NCBI GenBank assembly: GCA_965637545.1
Contig: OZ281494.1
Coordinates: forward strand, 13,330,001 to 13,394,000
DNA: 64,000 bases
DNA from: Phallusia mammillata
Taxonomy: Eukaryota
Direction: 5' to 3'
A program made the translations under genes and the position numbers. Positions 34,349 through 46,640 of the stretch are shown piece after piece. Positions within the stretch are counted from its first letter, which is position 1; each line of letters opens with the position of its first letter. A model generated the notes under the pieces. That model was not told where the DNA came from. It was given only the letters and a program-made list of their open reading frames with translations, and searched no databases.

Positions 34349-36623
34349 CTATAAACAATGCAACGCAATGTGACTTAGTTTTTGCCAAGGAAATTTTGTT
34401 GTAATTTGTTCACATAACCTTTTTAAACACGAATCTACTTAGAGTTATTATCATTGTACTTACTTTTCGTAATGTGGATTCACAAAAGATATCCTTCTCA
34501 ACTAAAATTCAACAGGACGGCAAATGAAAGCGCGACAATACCTTTATGTGTAATGAAGTCTGAAACAGTTTTATTGTCAATTTCCCTATCCTGAATTGCT
34601 CACGTTTGAATTAGCTAGTGAGAATATACGTCCATAAACACTAAAAAAATATAGTTTTTTTGTCCTAGTGGTTCAAATAAGTTACCACATTTGAATGGTA
34701 ATTATAGCACTTTTTTAGTTTTTTTACACTTTTACCCTCACGCCTTTGTTTTGTAATGTATGTGCAAATTAGGCGATCGATATTTTAAATGGCGTTTTAA
34801 AGCGACTTTTCTATTGCTATATCTAAAAATGATCAAATGCACATCATTCTATGTGCAACCCAACTAATCTGGACATACTTCAGACGTACGGGCCGCTATT
34901 TAACTTTTAGTTTCTTTGTTTGACATATAGTTAGAGAAAAGTCCATATGCCGCCAGCTTGTCCCTTATTGTTCATGATTCTTATATCCTCAGTTGGCACC
35001 CAATGTATCATTTAAACGCCAATCATTCTATTCAGAGTATTGTTATTTAATACTCCGAGGAGCGCGTTACTCATCTTTGATGTGTTTAATTGATCCTGTT
35101 TGGGACGCTCTTTTATCTTTTGCGACATATGTTGGCGAAGACGCATTTTTAAGGGCGTCAATCACTTGCCTAATGAGTTCTAGCCTTGTTATATTATTTG
35201 AAAATACCTATTTAAATCAGAACCGGCGTTAACTTACATCACATGAATATCTACATCGTATATTCCGATATTTAAAGTAAAAAAAAGTTTTTACAAAACT
35301 TTCCTACAAAGTGCCTTTTTCAAAAAATAAGCGCTCGGTGTTAGGTTACATTACATATTGACCTCTTTCGTGAAAAATGATTTTCATATTTTTATTTGGC
35401 ATCCAATGCAGCTTTTGGGTAAAGGAAACGCCCTTTATCCTTTCAGAATACTAATATTTAACACTTTGCCCAAATTCTAACTTGCGCTGGAAAGGAACCA
35501 ACGTTTTAATGCATGAGTCTTTCTAACTCAAATGCTCGAAAAAGATCTAACGCATTGTGAAACTTTTTCAACACTCTGATAGTGCTCATGATTTGTAGAG
35601 AAAGCGATTAAAGGTAAATGTTATGTATTACTGTTTATACCAGTTGCCACCAAACTACAGCCCTTTTTATTCGGCCCGAAAAAGTACTAGAATTGGTTGA
35701 AAAATGTATGAATCAACTTTGTAATATATTTTACTGAGCATATAAGCAATTAACGCTTGTGAACACTTGTTGACGTCTACATACTTTGGACATGGTAAGA
35801 ACTTTATTTAAATCACGGCAGTCAATGGACCCTATGGAACATTTCCGAGTAATTGTCATCCCAGCTAAATGTATAAAGTGAATCTTGAGTTAATTATTGA
35901 AACTTATAGATTTACGCCTTGCAAAGTATTTTAGGATTTGCAATAGAAGTATTTACAATCCCGCAACAACATATAGCATTATTTATCCTAGTGTGCAGAA
36001 TTACAACCATTTGTTGCAACATAAAGTAGATTACCAAATAACAGTTGTGCGCAAACGATTGTCCTTTTTCAGTATACCTGTAACGAAATCAGAACAATTG
36101 CTTGACAGATTTGACATTTATGTATTCCACATTATTTTGCATTTTACGATTCGCGCCATCTGACTTCAAATAAGACACCTTAAAAAAACACTGAGCACAA
36201 AGACCACAGACGTTTGGCGGTCCTATTACAATCACTTCGCCGATCTCGGTTTAGAAACTACTGCGTCAGATTTTGCAAGCTAAGCTATGGGGCCCATCAC
36301 GCTACAATCCCATTTAAATCCCAGTTTGTAAAAGCAAATACAACAACATGTTGCGTAGGTATCAGATGAATTAATGCTGCTATTTTGTGTTATAATGTAT
36401 GCCAATGTAGTTGAATTCTTAAGTGAAGCAGAAATAAAAACAATTAATCGTTCTTCATATTTTAATGTTGTTATAAGTTAGTTTTTATGTCCCGAAGCCT
36501 AAAATACTAACATAAATACTGGTAAAGTTCTTAGTCAGAAATACTTTCTAAGAATCTAGATTGTCACTGTCTTGCGATTAGAACGTTTAACAATCTTAGT
36601 TTACGAAAAAGCGTATAGGCTAC

Positions 36624-36743
36624 CCTCCCCAGCTAGTCACTTTTTTAACTCCACCAGCAACTGCTCTACCAGGTCTCTTAGCAAATTTGTTTATGTTTTC
36701 ATTCCCACTATTCCGTGAAACCTTCCTCAGTCCATGCGTCGCC
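36624..36743 (-). pseudogene. AMP-5 fragment (signal peptide deleted, frameshift, no exons 3/4)
   Basis: GDAW, +1 frameshift, then LRKVSRNSGNENINKFAKRPGRAVAGGVKKVTSWGG|gtag; paralogous to AMP-7. Abuts the 3' flank of AMP-6 at ~36745. Confidence 0.75.
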
Positions 36744-36827
36744 AAACACCGTAATGTCCACGTATTTTTACTTTTATTTCCAACGCTAATTTACATAAGA
36801 AAACACCAATGACGATTCCCCTTCACA

Positions 36828-37586
36828 CTAATAAAGTTCGTTCTCCATTTCTTCAATGAGTTCGATGTCATCTGAAACAATGACACATTTGCTAGTTTGT
36901 CTTGCAAAATCTTTTTTATTCTTGAATAACTTACCTATGGTCAACCTTTCGTTCAGCCTAGAGTCTCCAACACTAAAAAGTCAAAATTGAATTGTAATTT
37001 AGTTCAACAAGTCACTCGCATGGGGCTACATAAAGGAAAAGCGGGTCGTATATTTTGTGTCTATGTTTTAATGGTGGTCACCACACATATGCGCAAATGT
37101 TGCCACTCACAATATTTCTTTTAAAGTTAAGACTCACTGTTGTGTTTGTAAAAGTAATCAACGGATTACATCGATATAAGGTGTATTAATGCCAATAGTT
37201 TGTGTTGTTGACATATTGTCACTATATTTCAAAGCTTGACTATCAGAGAAATAGAAACTATTAAATTGTTTTTTGAAACGTTTTTGTTGTTATATTGTTA
37301 TATGACCGGAAGTTTAAAATGTAAACATCAAGAGTGGCAAAGTTCTTAGGCAGTAATACCTTCAAAGAAGCTAGGTTTTAAGTGTCTTGCACTTAAAATG
37401 GCGGTCAGTTTACGAAAATAGTTTACTTTATTGTTCCACTTACACTGATTTTAGTGCATTTTTAGCAATACCACCAGCTGCCTTGTTAGCTTTCTTGAGT
37501 AAGTTTGAAAAACTGCCCCATGATGCACCTTGGCGACAGAAAACAAGAAGGTAGATTAACAAGATAGAGAGCACCTTGCAGTTCAT
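36828..37586 (-). CDS. Antimicrobial-peptide-like precursor AMP-6, 74 aa
   Basis: Coding exons 37586-37444, 36972-36935, 36871-36828: MNCKVLSILLIYLLVFCRQGA-SWGSFSNLLKKANKAAGGIAKNALKSVV-G-DSRLNERLTIDDIELIEEMENELY*. The AG acceptor immediately before ATG is mutated to AT. Confidence 0.78.
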
Positions 37587-39503
37587 ATATAAAACAATGA
37601 AACACAAGATGACTTAGTTTCTTCCAAATATTTTTTTTGTTATTTTTAATGCACACATAACCTTTTTTCAACACGAAACTACTGTTATTATCATGTTACT
37701 TACTTTTTGTTTTGTGGCTTCACAAAAGATATCCTATTTAACTGAGTTATAATTCCACAGGACGACAAATGAAAACGCGGCAATACCTTTACGACAAAAA
37801 TAAAATAGTTTGTTAAAAAAATATAGTTTGTTTTATCCTAGTGGGTCAAACAAGGTTTCACATTTAAACTGGTAATTGTAGGAATTTTTCAGTTTTTCAA
37901 GACTTTTACCCTAATCTGAACATACTTCAAACGTAAGGGCCGCTATTTAACTTTTAGTTTCCTTGTTTGCCATATAATTAGATATAAGTCCATATGCCGC
38001 CAGCTCGCCTCTCATTGTTCACGATTCTTATATCCTCAGTTGGCACCCAATGCAGCTTTAAACGCCAACTATTCTATTCAGAGTATTGATATTTAGTAAT
38101 AACAGGAGCGCGTTACTCTTTCTTGCGTTTAATTAATACTATTGGGGACGTTGGTTTATCTTTCACGACATATGGCGAAGATGCATTTTTTAGGGGCGTC
38201 AAACGCTTGCTTATGATTTCCAGCCTTCTTATATTACATGAACATACCTATTTGACTCAGTGCTGGCATTAATTCGCATCACATGAACACCTGGTTTTGA
38301 CATCGCGTTTTTGCTCACAATTAGAATACGCAGCAATGTCATCTTTTTATGTTTCTCTGCTAACGTAGCTTTATCTGTTAGTTGTTTTTTGTTTTTTCGT
38401 TTCAAATCTTTGACTACTTTATTTCATCTAAAATACGACAAACCAAACTAACTTACCAACTACCATTTTTGTCAACCAAAATGCAATTGTTGAAGTCGGC
38501 GACATGATAGTTTTTTATCGGTCGGTCGTCACTTGTTGAGGCGGGGCGGGGCCTCTTTACATTCTAGAAACAAAGAGTGTTCACAATTATCATCTTTATA
38601 TGTTACATTAACATTTTTGTGTGTCTTCCGTCCATGGTAATTACTGTAAACCCTGATTAAACAATTCACTGGTAGTATAAAGCAGATCGGAAATTGCCCC
38701 TAAACCGGCCTAACCTCAAGTTTTTTCAATCAAATGTTGATGTAATTATGGCGCAAATAAGGCAAATGTGAAAAGACCCAAAGTCAAGTCCGTCTTATTC
38801 AAACTTAGGCCCAAACCCGGTCTGTCCGATTTCTCACTCTTGCGCAGTGAGGAACCAACGTTATGACGCACATGTGAGGGTCTAACATGTAACGGCTGTT
38901 TAAACGTATGATTTCAACTTAAATTGCCGAAAGTACATTGGGTAACTTAAGCCATACTAATACACAATCGCATCGATGTCCAAGAAAACACGACGTGGTA
39001 GTTGTCGCTAAATTATTTAACGTTGTATTCACGTTTCTTTAATAAAGCCAGCATTTTTTAAAACATTACCAGTTGCCTGATTCTTATAAAGTGAGACAAC
39101 CCCAGGCCAAGTAACCCTAGTTTTAGACATTATTGCCAATATACTTGCTCCCGTTTAAATGAAAATTGTTTCCCAACATAAACAAAAACACGCTGGTCTT
39201 TTTTGTATCACAATAGAACACAACACTTGGTGTATAAACTTACTGGTATTTTCGTTTCTATTGCTTTCTAAAACGTTTTACAAAAAAACGGCTTGGTCCA
39301 AGTGTCGTGTAATTGACCTTCGCAAATGAAAATGACTTTGCGTGTCAACAATTTTGTACGAAATAGAACTTTATTTAATTGTCAGAAAACAGACCGATTT
39401 GTACACGTTTTAAAGCTCATTTTGGGATTTGTCTGTTTACTTGTACTTTTATTACGAATTCTAGTTCACGTTACAAAACACTGTTAACGCTTTTCCCTGT
39501 TCG

Positions 39504-40257
39504 TTAGTGCATTTCGTCGTCGATCTCTGCAAGGAGTTCGATGTCATCTGAAACAATGACACATTTGCTAGTTTGCCCTGCAAAATGCATTTGTTATTAT
39601 TAATTAACTTACCTATGAACAAATTTTCGTCCGATCTAGAATCACCGAACGTACTGAAAAAAATCTTTGTTTTAATAATCACATTCAAATTAAGTTTAAT
39701 CAGTCACTTGCATGGGCTATACAGAAAAAAAAAGGTCGTTTATACTGTGAAGCTTCTCCAACAGTGTTAAACACAGATATGTGCAAATGTTGGTCCTAGT
39801 CCGAATGAGCTAATTATTTGTTTGTAAAAGAAAAACAACAACATAGTGCGTATCAGTATTAATGTCACTATTTTATGTTGTTTACATAATGTCAATATAG
39901 TTAAATACTTAACTGCCACAGAAATTAAAACCTTAATTCGTTTCTTAATATTTTGTTGGTGTTACAGTTTTGTTATGTCCCTAAGCTTAAAAAGTAAACA
40001 TAAATACTGTTAAGGTTCTTCGTTAAAAATACTTTTTAAGAAGCTAGATTTCAGTTGTTTGTGCCTAAAATGTGTAAAGATTTTAGTTTTTTAGTTTACG
40101 AAAAAGCTTACCCTCCCCAGGTACCAACTTTTTTAACTCCACCAGCAACTCCTCTACCAACTCTCTTGGCAATTTTGCCTATGTTCCACTTGGCATCATT
40201 TTGGCGACAGAAAACAAGAAGGCAAATTAACACTATTGAGAACACTTTGCTGTTCAT
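39504..40257 (-). CDS. Antimicrobial-peptide-like precursor AMP-7, 76 aa, intact
   Basis: Coding exons 40257-40112, 39653-39613, 39547-39504 (231 nt): MNSKVFSIVLICLLVFCRQNDA-KWNIGKIAKRVGRGVAGGVKKVGTWGGTF-G-DSRSDENLFIDDIELLAEIDDEMH*. 5'UTR exon donor 40376-40377. Confidence 0.9.
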
Positions 40258-41739
40258 CTAAAAACAAAGTAACACATTATGATTTTTTTTCAAGAAAATT
40301 TAGTTGTTGTTTTTAATGCACAGATAACCTTGTGTTAATCACGAAGATACTGTTAGCATTATTTTTATGTTACTTACTTTTGTTATGTGGCGTCACGAAA
40401 GATATTCTTTGCAACAACAATTCAACGGGACGGCAAGTGAAAGCACGGTAATACCTTTACGTGTAATATAACCGAAAACAGCTTTTTTTCTCAGTTACTC
40501 ACGCTATGGAAGTGTTCCTTATCCTGAATTGCTCACGTTTGAAAACAGCTGGTGAGAATATACGGCCATCAGCCTAATGGGTCAAACAAGGCATCACATT
40601 AAAATGGTAATTGTAGTATTTTTTTAGTTTCAGAACTTAACTCGCGCGCCTTTGTTTTGTCATGCATGTACAAGGCGATTAATACTTTGAATGGCATTCA
40701 GAAGCGACGTTTCTATTGCTTTCTCTATGAGAAAATGTACAGTTGTTCTATGTGCAACTACAACTAATCTGAACGTATGCCAGCAGTTGAAAATTAAACT
40801 TTTTAAAGGGCTACTATCCTAACCGTCAGTGCCTTGTTTGCCTTATAGTTAGAGAAAAGTCCATATGCCGCCAGTTCGTCGCTTATTGTTCATGATACTC
40901 ATATCCTCAGTTGGCACCCAATGCAGCTTTTGAACGCCACTTATTCTATTCAGAGTATTGATACTTAGTACTTCGAGGAGCGCGTTACTCATCTTGATGT
41001 GTTTAATTTATCCTGTTTGGGACGTTGCTTTATCTTTCGCGACATATGTTGACGAAGCGGCATTTTTTATTTTGCGAGTTTTTGCACATTGCATTTAAAA
41101 CTTTGATCTTGAAGCGTCAAACACTTGCATCATTAATTTTAGCCTTCTCATTTAAGGACACCTATTTTGAAGAGCTGGCATTGAGTTGCATCACATGAAC
41201 ATTTTCTTACAGTGCCTTAAAAAATAAGTGCTTGGTATTACTTTACATTACAAATTTTAGTGTGTCTGCTGCCCTTGACAATTATTGCAACGACTGTTGG
41301 TACAGCTTACACCGCTAGTAAACAGTAGAGTTGTAAGAAGGCGTGAATTTACCTCTAAAACGCAGGCCCGAATATGAACTGACAGTTTGCACGTGCGATT
41401 TCGACTTAAATTGCAGGAAGTACGTTGGTGTAACTCAAGCCACACGAATACACAATTGCATCGACGTCCAACAAAACGTGTCAAAGTGTTAGCTATCGTA
41501 ACGTGACACGGCGCGACAATAGTGTGGGACATGAAAACGCGTGAATAATCTTGGGTTGTCAAAATACCAGTCAAAAATGTCAAAAAAAGGTTACCACTAG
41601 TTGTCAAATGTTACCAGACATCTTTGTTTAGAGTAAAAACCCCTTTACTTACAATGTGATGCACCGCATTGTGTTTAACGATTTATTTCGTGCGAGTTTA
41701 TTTCCAATGTACGTTGGCAAGATGTATTTATAGGTGTAT

Positions 41740-44700
41740 TTATTTTAGCATTGCTGGTACTGTCTCCAACCACAGCTTGCATCTGTTTTCTAACAAGTTT
41801 GATCCGACTTCATATGGGATTTTTAGAATCAGATGCTTCTTCGTTTGCGGATCGTATTTGGGCCACTCTTCTTTTAATGTCGTATTTGGATTTCTGCAAA
41901 TTGTATTTAAACGACTGTAAGTTTTTGATTAACGTTGTCGTACTTAGAATGCGTTAAAAATAAATTTTGTGTAAAAATCGCGTGTTAACTTTTGCTTTAT
42001 AAAGTTAAGGCATTTTCTCAAGTTATTGCCGAAACAGTTTTTGAAACATATTAGAACCCAATGCTTTTTGTGGTAAACGTATGAAGTTGATGAAATTTAG
42101 AACACTTACCCTGTTCTGGCGAACTGGCAAATACTATCCATCCATCGTCTGCTTAAATTTGTTTCATCTTCGCTATAGCGACACTGCATCGTCATCTTGC
42201 AATCCATGAACGGGTAACCAAACGTCATCATGATGTCATCGCAGTGGTCCGCCTCGCAGAATGACGGTTTTTTGCCCACTTCGCTTGAAAACGTCTCGTC
42301 GTGATGCATGTGCATTGGCTGTGTCATGTAGTACAGATACGTATTATTGCCGGCCACTGAAAGCATAGAAAACAAAGTTTAAAAGAGTAGCACGTGAAAA
42401 AATTGTCACACTATAGGTTTTTGTACAATATGAGTCACTTTTTATGTTTTGGTTTTCTCATTCGCTTATCCTGGACCTTAAAGATTTTGTGGATTACCTT
42501 TCACACTTCTCGTAAAGTTGCAAAAAACTAGGCACTTTCTAATGTTATGACATCAAACATCGAAGCCAGTCTTTTTTAGCAGATTAAATAGTGCCATAAT
42601 AGAGTAATATTTACATATATCTGTTACTCAACCTTTGTTAAAAAAAAATAGAGAAGAATCTTACTGGAGTGAATCATGGCTTGCGCAATTGTCGCACAAC
42701 AGAAGTTTCCATCAGCTAAGATATTGCCCAGTATCTTGCTCCACTTGTATTTGTCTTCTTCTATTTCCTTACTGTAGAAGTCAAGTACTTCCTTGGACAC
42801 TGCTTCGACGTTTTCCGGCTAAAAGTAGTGTGGTATTTGTCATCTTGTAATAAACTTATGCTTTCTACGCTCGACATGGTGAAATTGGCAACACAAAGAT
42901 AAGAAATTAAAATTATCAAACTTTAAGTCTTTGCTGCGTTAAAAGCTGTTTGGGTTTAAACAAGATTGTTATATGAAGCTTGGGATTACTTACGGGTACA
43001 ACGGTTGCTACCATTCCAGTAACAACCTGATGTCCAATCTCCTGACTTAAGCCTTCGTTAAAGCCGGGCGGGAACATAGAGGAAAGCACACCACAACCTT
43101 CGCTGTTCGTTACCCCAAAGATGTAAGGACACGAGTTGAAATTCCCCTCCTCGAGCAAAACTTTTGTATGTTTGGGATTAAACTTGCCATCCACCGTTGG
43201 AACAAAAAGAGTTTTCTCTGGCTGTAATACAGTGTATGGAATTAAAATTTGACATAACGCTGTTAATGAAGTGAGAACTTTGCACTGTCTGTTGTTTTGG
43301 ATTAAATTATGAAGTGTTAATCCAGCGTTCAATTTAATTTGTTAATATTTAATCAAAAAACGTTTAGTTGACATGTTTGTTTTCAAAGCAAAAATTTTCG
43401 AACCTGAAGGGCTTCTACTAGTTTTGAGGCATCAAGCGCCTTTAACTTCTTCATTATGTGCTCCGGGTCGGTATCAGTTATCTTTAGTTCCTTCAGGAAG
43501 GCGTTCCTCTCCATGCTTAAATCCGGTTTCATCGTTGCTGTGAAAACATGTTTTGAAGACGGATAACAAATGACACAGACACATTATGCAGTAAAAATGG
43601 TCCAGCAAATTACTGACATGGTACGCTCCCGACCCCGCTATGACTGATCGCCCGATGAAAGAGACCACGTGACATGGGCGAGGTCACGTGCATGCTCACT
43701 GAAATGAAACCTGCGCTCTGACCGAAGATTGTGACGTTGTTTGGATTTCCTCCAAATGAAGCAATATTTTCGCGTATCCATCTGCAAACAAAAAAATGTC
43801 AAAAAAGCGAGTTTTAAGCAACAACTGTTTCATGTCATTTTCGTGTGCCAGAACGAAAACATAGGCTAAACAGACATGGAAGTGTGACAAATCTTACTCA
43901 CTTGAGTGCCAAAACCTGATCGAGAAGCCCCATGTTTCCAGGCCATTTCGTGTTTTTTCCCGCTGAATAGAATCCGAATACGTTTACACGGTATTGCGGC
44001 ACGACCAGCACCACGTCATTCATGCCGCATATCGCTTGTCCGTGATATCCGATAACGGACCCAATACTGTACCATCCTCCATATATCCAGACCAATACCT
44101 AAATATGCAATTTATAAGCTGCACAAGAAATCTCACCGAACTTTAAACACACAATTTATTGAAAAAACTAGTGTGCCAGAGAGAAAGGATCCTTTCAATC
44201 GCATGCGCATAACGCCTTTAACGAGTTTTAAAAACCTTTAGCGAGCTTAGATATTTTGCTTGTCGGAAAAAAGCCTATTGTGTCAATATGTTGTAAATTC
44301 GGTAAATGCAATGAAACGTCAAAAGACTGACAAACCAACCGGCATGTTTGCTGTTTTGCTTGGGTTGTTTGTGTACACGTTGAGGTAAAGACAGTCTTCG
44401 CTCATGTTGGAGAAGCTTTCATCCCCAATCATCGCGTAAGGTTGGTAGGGATAAAGTTTCTCTCCATAGTAGGAGTCCTGAATGGGAATAGGAGGAGACT
44501 TTGTACAGTCTCGTACTCCTTTCCACGCTCCCATTCTGTGGGTAAATGTTTAGTCTCATAAAAACGGTCTCCACAAAGATTTTCACAGATCGATGGAACG
44601 TTCAGCATGAATTGTAATTTAATTTGCTTTAAGTTATTAAAATATTCATACAATTAACTTATCTGCTGCCAAAGTGTAAGCGAGGGAACCGACTCCCACA

Positions 44701-45335
44701 AACGAGGTTTTCTAGAATCGTGGCAAAATAACTTCTTACATTACCGCGATGAACGCCAAAACGGACGTTCTAATGCCGATAACTTTTCGGTCGCTTTTGC
44801 ACCATTGAGCTAGGTGTTATCGTTCGACCATTGGTGTGCACTGCGTTTTTAACCACTGCATTTTGTGTGTACTTTACCGCCCTTGTTGCTATAACAACTT
44901 TGTGCTTTTTAATTTATGTCATTACCCTGATGAAGGTGTCTCGTATGGGACATCGAAACGTCGGCACCTTATACTAAAAACTGCTAAAAGAGCTAAAAGA
45001 ATGTTGATACATCATGCCTGGCAGCAAAAGTTTATTTATTTAGACAACCTTGCAGGTACGAGAATGGATTTGATATTACATTGTGTATTTTATTTACTCA
45101 GAACGCCGCACGAGATGCTCACTTGTTTGTTTTAGATAAGTTATCTGATCTGAATATGTAAAAAGCAACAATTTACTTACTTTTGTGGTGGTTCAAACCG
45201 CAGTTCTCCTGTTGGAGGTTTTGCAAAGGGCAAACCCATGAAGGCAAACACTTGCTTTGCTTCGTCGCATTTTGCTTTAGGCAGCGCAAATCCCTTTGCT
45301 TTTCCGGACGGCGTACTGACGACTGGAAAATCCAT
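41740..45335 (-). CDS. Type-B carboxylesterase CES-E, 542 aa, intact, atypical WIYGGWY and GQSAG
   Basis: Exons 45335-45181 (alternative in-frame ATG at 45380), 44535-44340, 44098-43902, 43781-43618, 43537-43404, 43221-42994, 42818-42665, 42356-42110, 41893-41740 (1629 nt). GVTNSEG, EADHCDD. Confidence 0.9.
44919..44964 (+). ncRNA. Minimal type-I hammerhead ribozyme motif within a ~290-bp repeat (~44750-45045)
   Basis: CTGATGA (44927-44933), A, stem II GGTGTCTC-gtat-GGGACATC, GAAA, ACGT palindrome, GUC (predicted cut after 44962), CC/GG stem I. Stem II differs from the 7.1-kb copy but pairing is kept. Confidence 0.7.
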
Positions 45336-45637
45336 TTTTCGCTGTTGACCAGGCAGCACCAAAGATACGGATGAACCCATCGTAATGCGTACGTTGGTTA
45401 AGGTTTTGATTTAAACTGGAAAATGTCTACAGGAAAAAAGACGTTTTTTGCCGCGATTTGTCTCGCCTGCCACAGTTTGTACGCCGGTAGCTGGATTTTC
45501 AACAAAATTGCCGAGAAAATGCATGCACAATGTAATGTATTTCGTGCAGTTTCTGTGGTCTAAAAATGAGTTAAGGCACTTTGAATCCCTGATATAAGGT
45601 CGCTTTAGGATCGCAATATGATGCCGAATGTAAACAT

Positions 45638-45815
45638 CAGTGTTCTTAACCTTTTGGGCTGTCGGTACCGCGTAGAGTGATCAACCAGTTCTCACATACT
45701 CTTTTTATCCGGAAAGTAACTATGATATTACAGCAATGGCTCAGAACACTAACACTCCCTGGAAATAGGTATTGCACCTCTTAGGGGTTCGCACACCCTT
45801 GGTTAAGAACCCCTC
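45638..45815. mobile_element. hAT-type MITE
   Basis: CAGTGTTCTTAACC ... GGTTAAGAACCCCT termini. Confidence 0.65.
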
Positions 45816-46394
45816 GCCTTTTTAGATTGTACATGTCGAAAACATACTTGTTTTTAACTACTTTTAAAATTCAAGATTTTAGGTAATCTATCGCTGCTAT
45901 TTTATTCTCATCTGTTGAAAAAACTAAAGCATCAATGTCTTATCTGACCTAAAGAATGACTTAGACTAAGCTTATAACATATTGTACAGCCATGTGCAGC
46001 AACCTGTCAAAAGTAAAATGATATTTGAGAAATGTAGAAGGTGATTGTCACTTACCAGCGTTTTAATTACGCTTTGAAACAGAAATCCGTCACTTTGCAT
46101 GAGTCAGGTTGGCCATAAACATTTGCCAGGGTTCCTGAAGTTAGCTGACATGAAACATTTATTGGTGCTGCTATTAAAAATACATATTGTATACATTACA
46201 ATTAGGCTGAAATGCAGCGGATGTGAAATTACATTGTTATCGCGCTTCGTGTAAACTAAACAACGGTCAATACGTTCTAGCTTAATTAGCAACGGCAAAA
46301 ATATATTGTTACACATATTGTTGATAAATATATCGTGATACAGCTAAGAGCATACTTTTTGACATACTTTCTTGTGACAATATTTTTTTTTGGA

Positions 46395-46640
46395 CCAACG
46401 TTAAAACAGATGTTCTAATGCCGATCGTTTTATCACTACGTTGGTGCGAGTTTGCAGCCGCACGATCTTGTTATCGCTGTTTTTTGGGTATGGTTGGTTG
46501 CAATTTGTCCCTTTATAAGAAATGTATCTTGCAAGATATGCCATTATCCTGATTAAGGCGTCTTGTATAGGACGTCGAATATTTATAATAAAACTGCTTG
46601 ATAAGCAATTCTCGCGGTTATTTATACCATTTGCCTATAA
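46395..46640 (+). repeat. Degenerate third copy of the hammerhead-bearing repeat
   Basis: Upstream homology to 44750-44820. CTGATTA (46549-46555), stem II GGCGTCTT-gtat-AGGACGTC, then GAAT: core mutated. Confidence 0.65.

Noticed and set aside
40890-40930. LHWVPTEDM as a copia RNase H motif
   Set aside because: The expected following AD.(F/L)TK is absent, and there are no LTR or RT sequences nearby.
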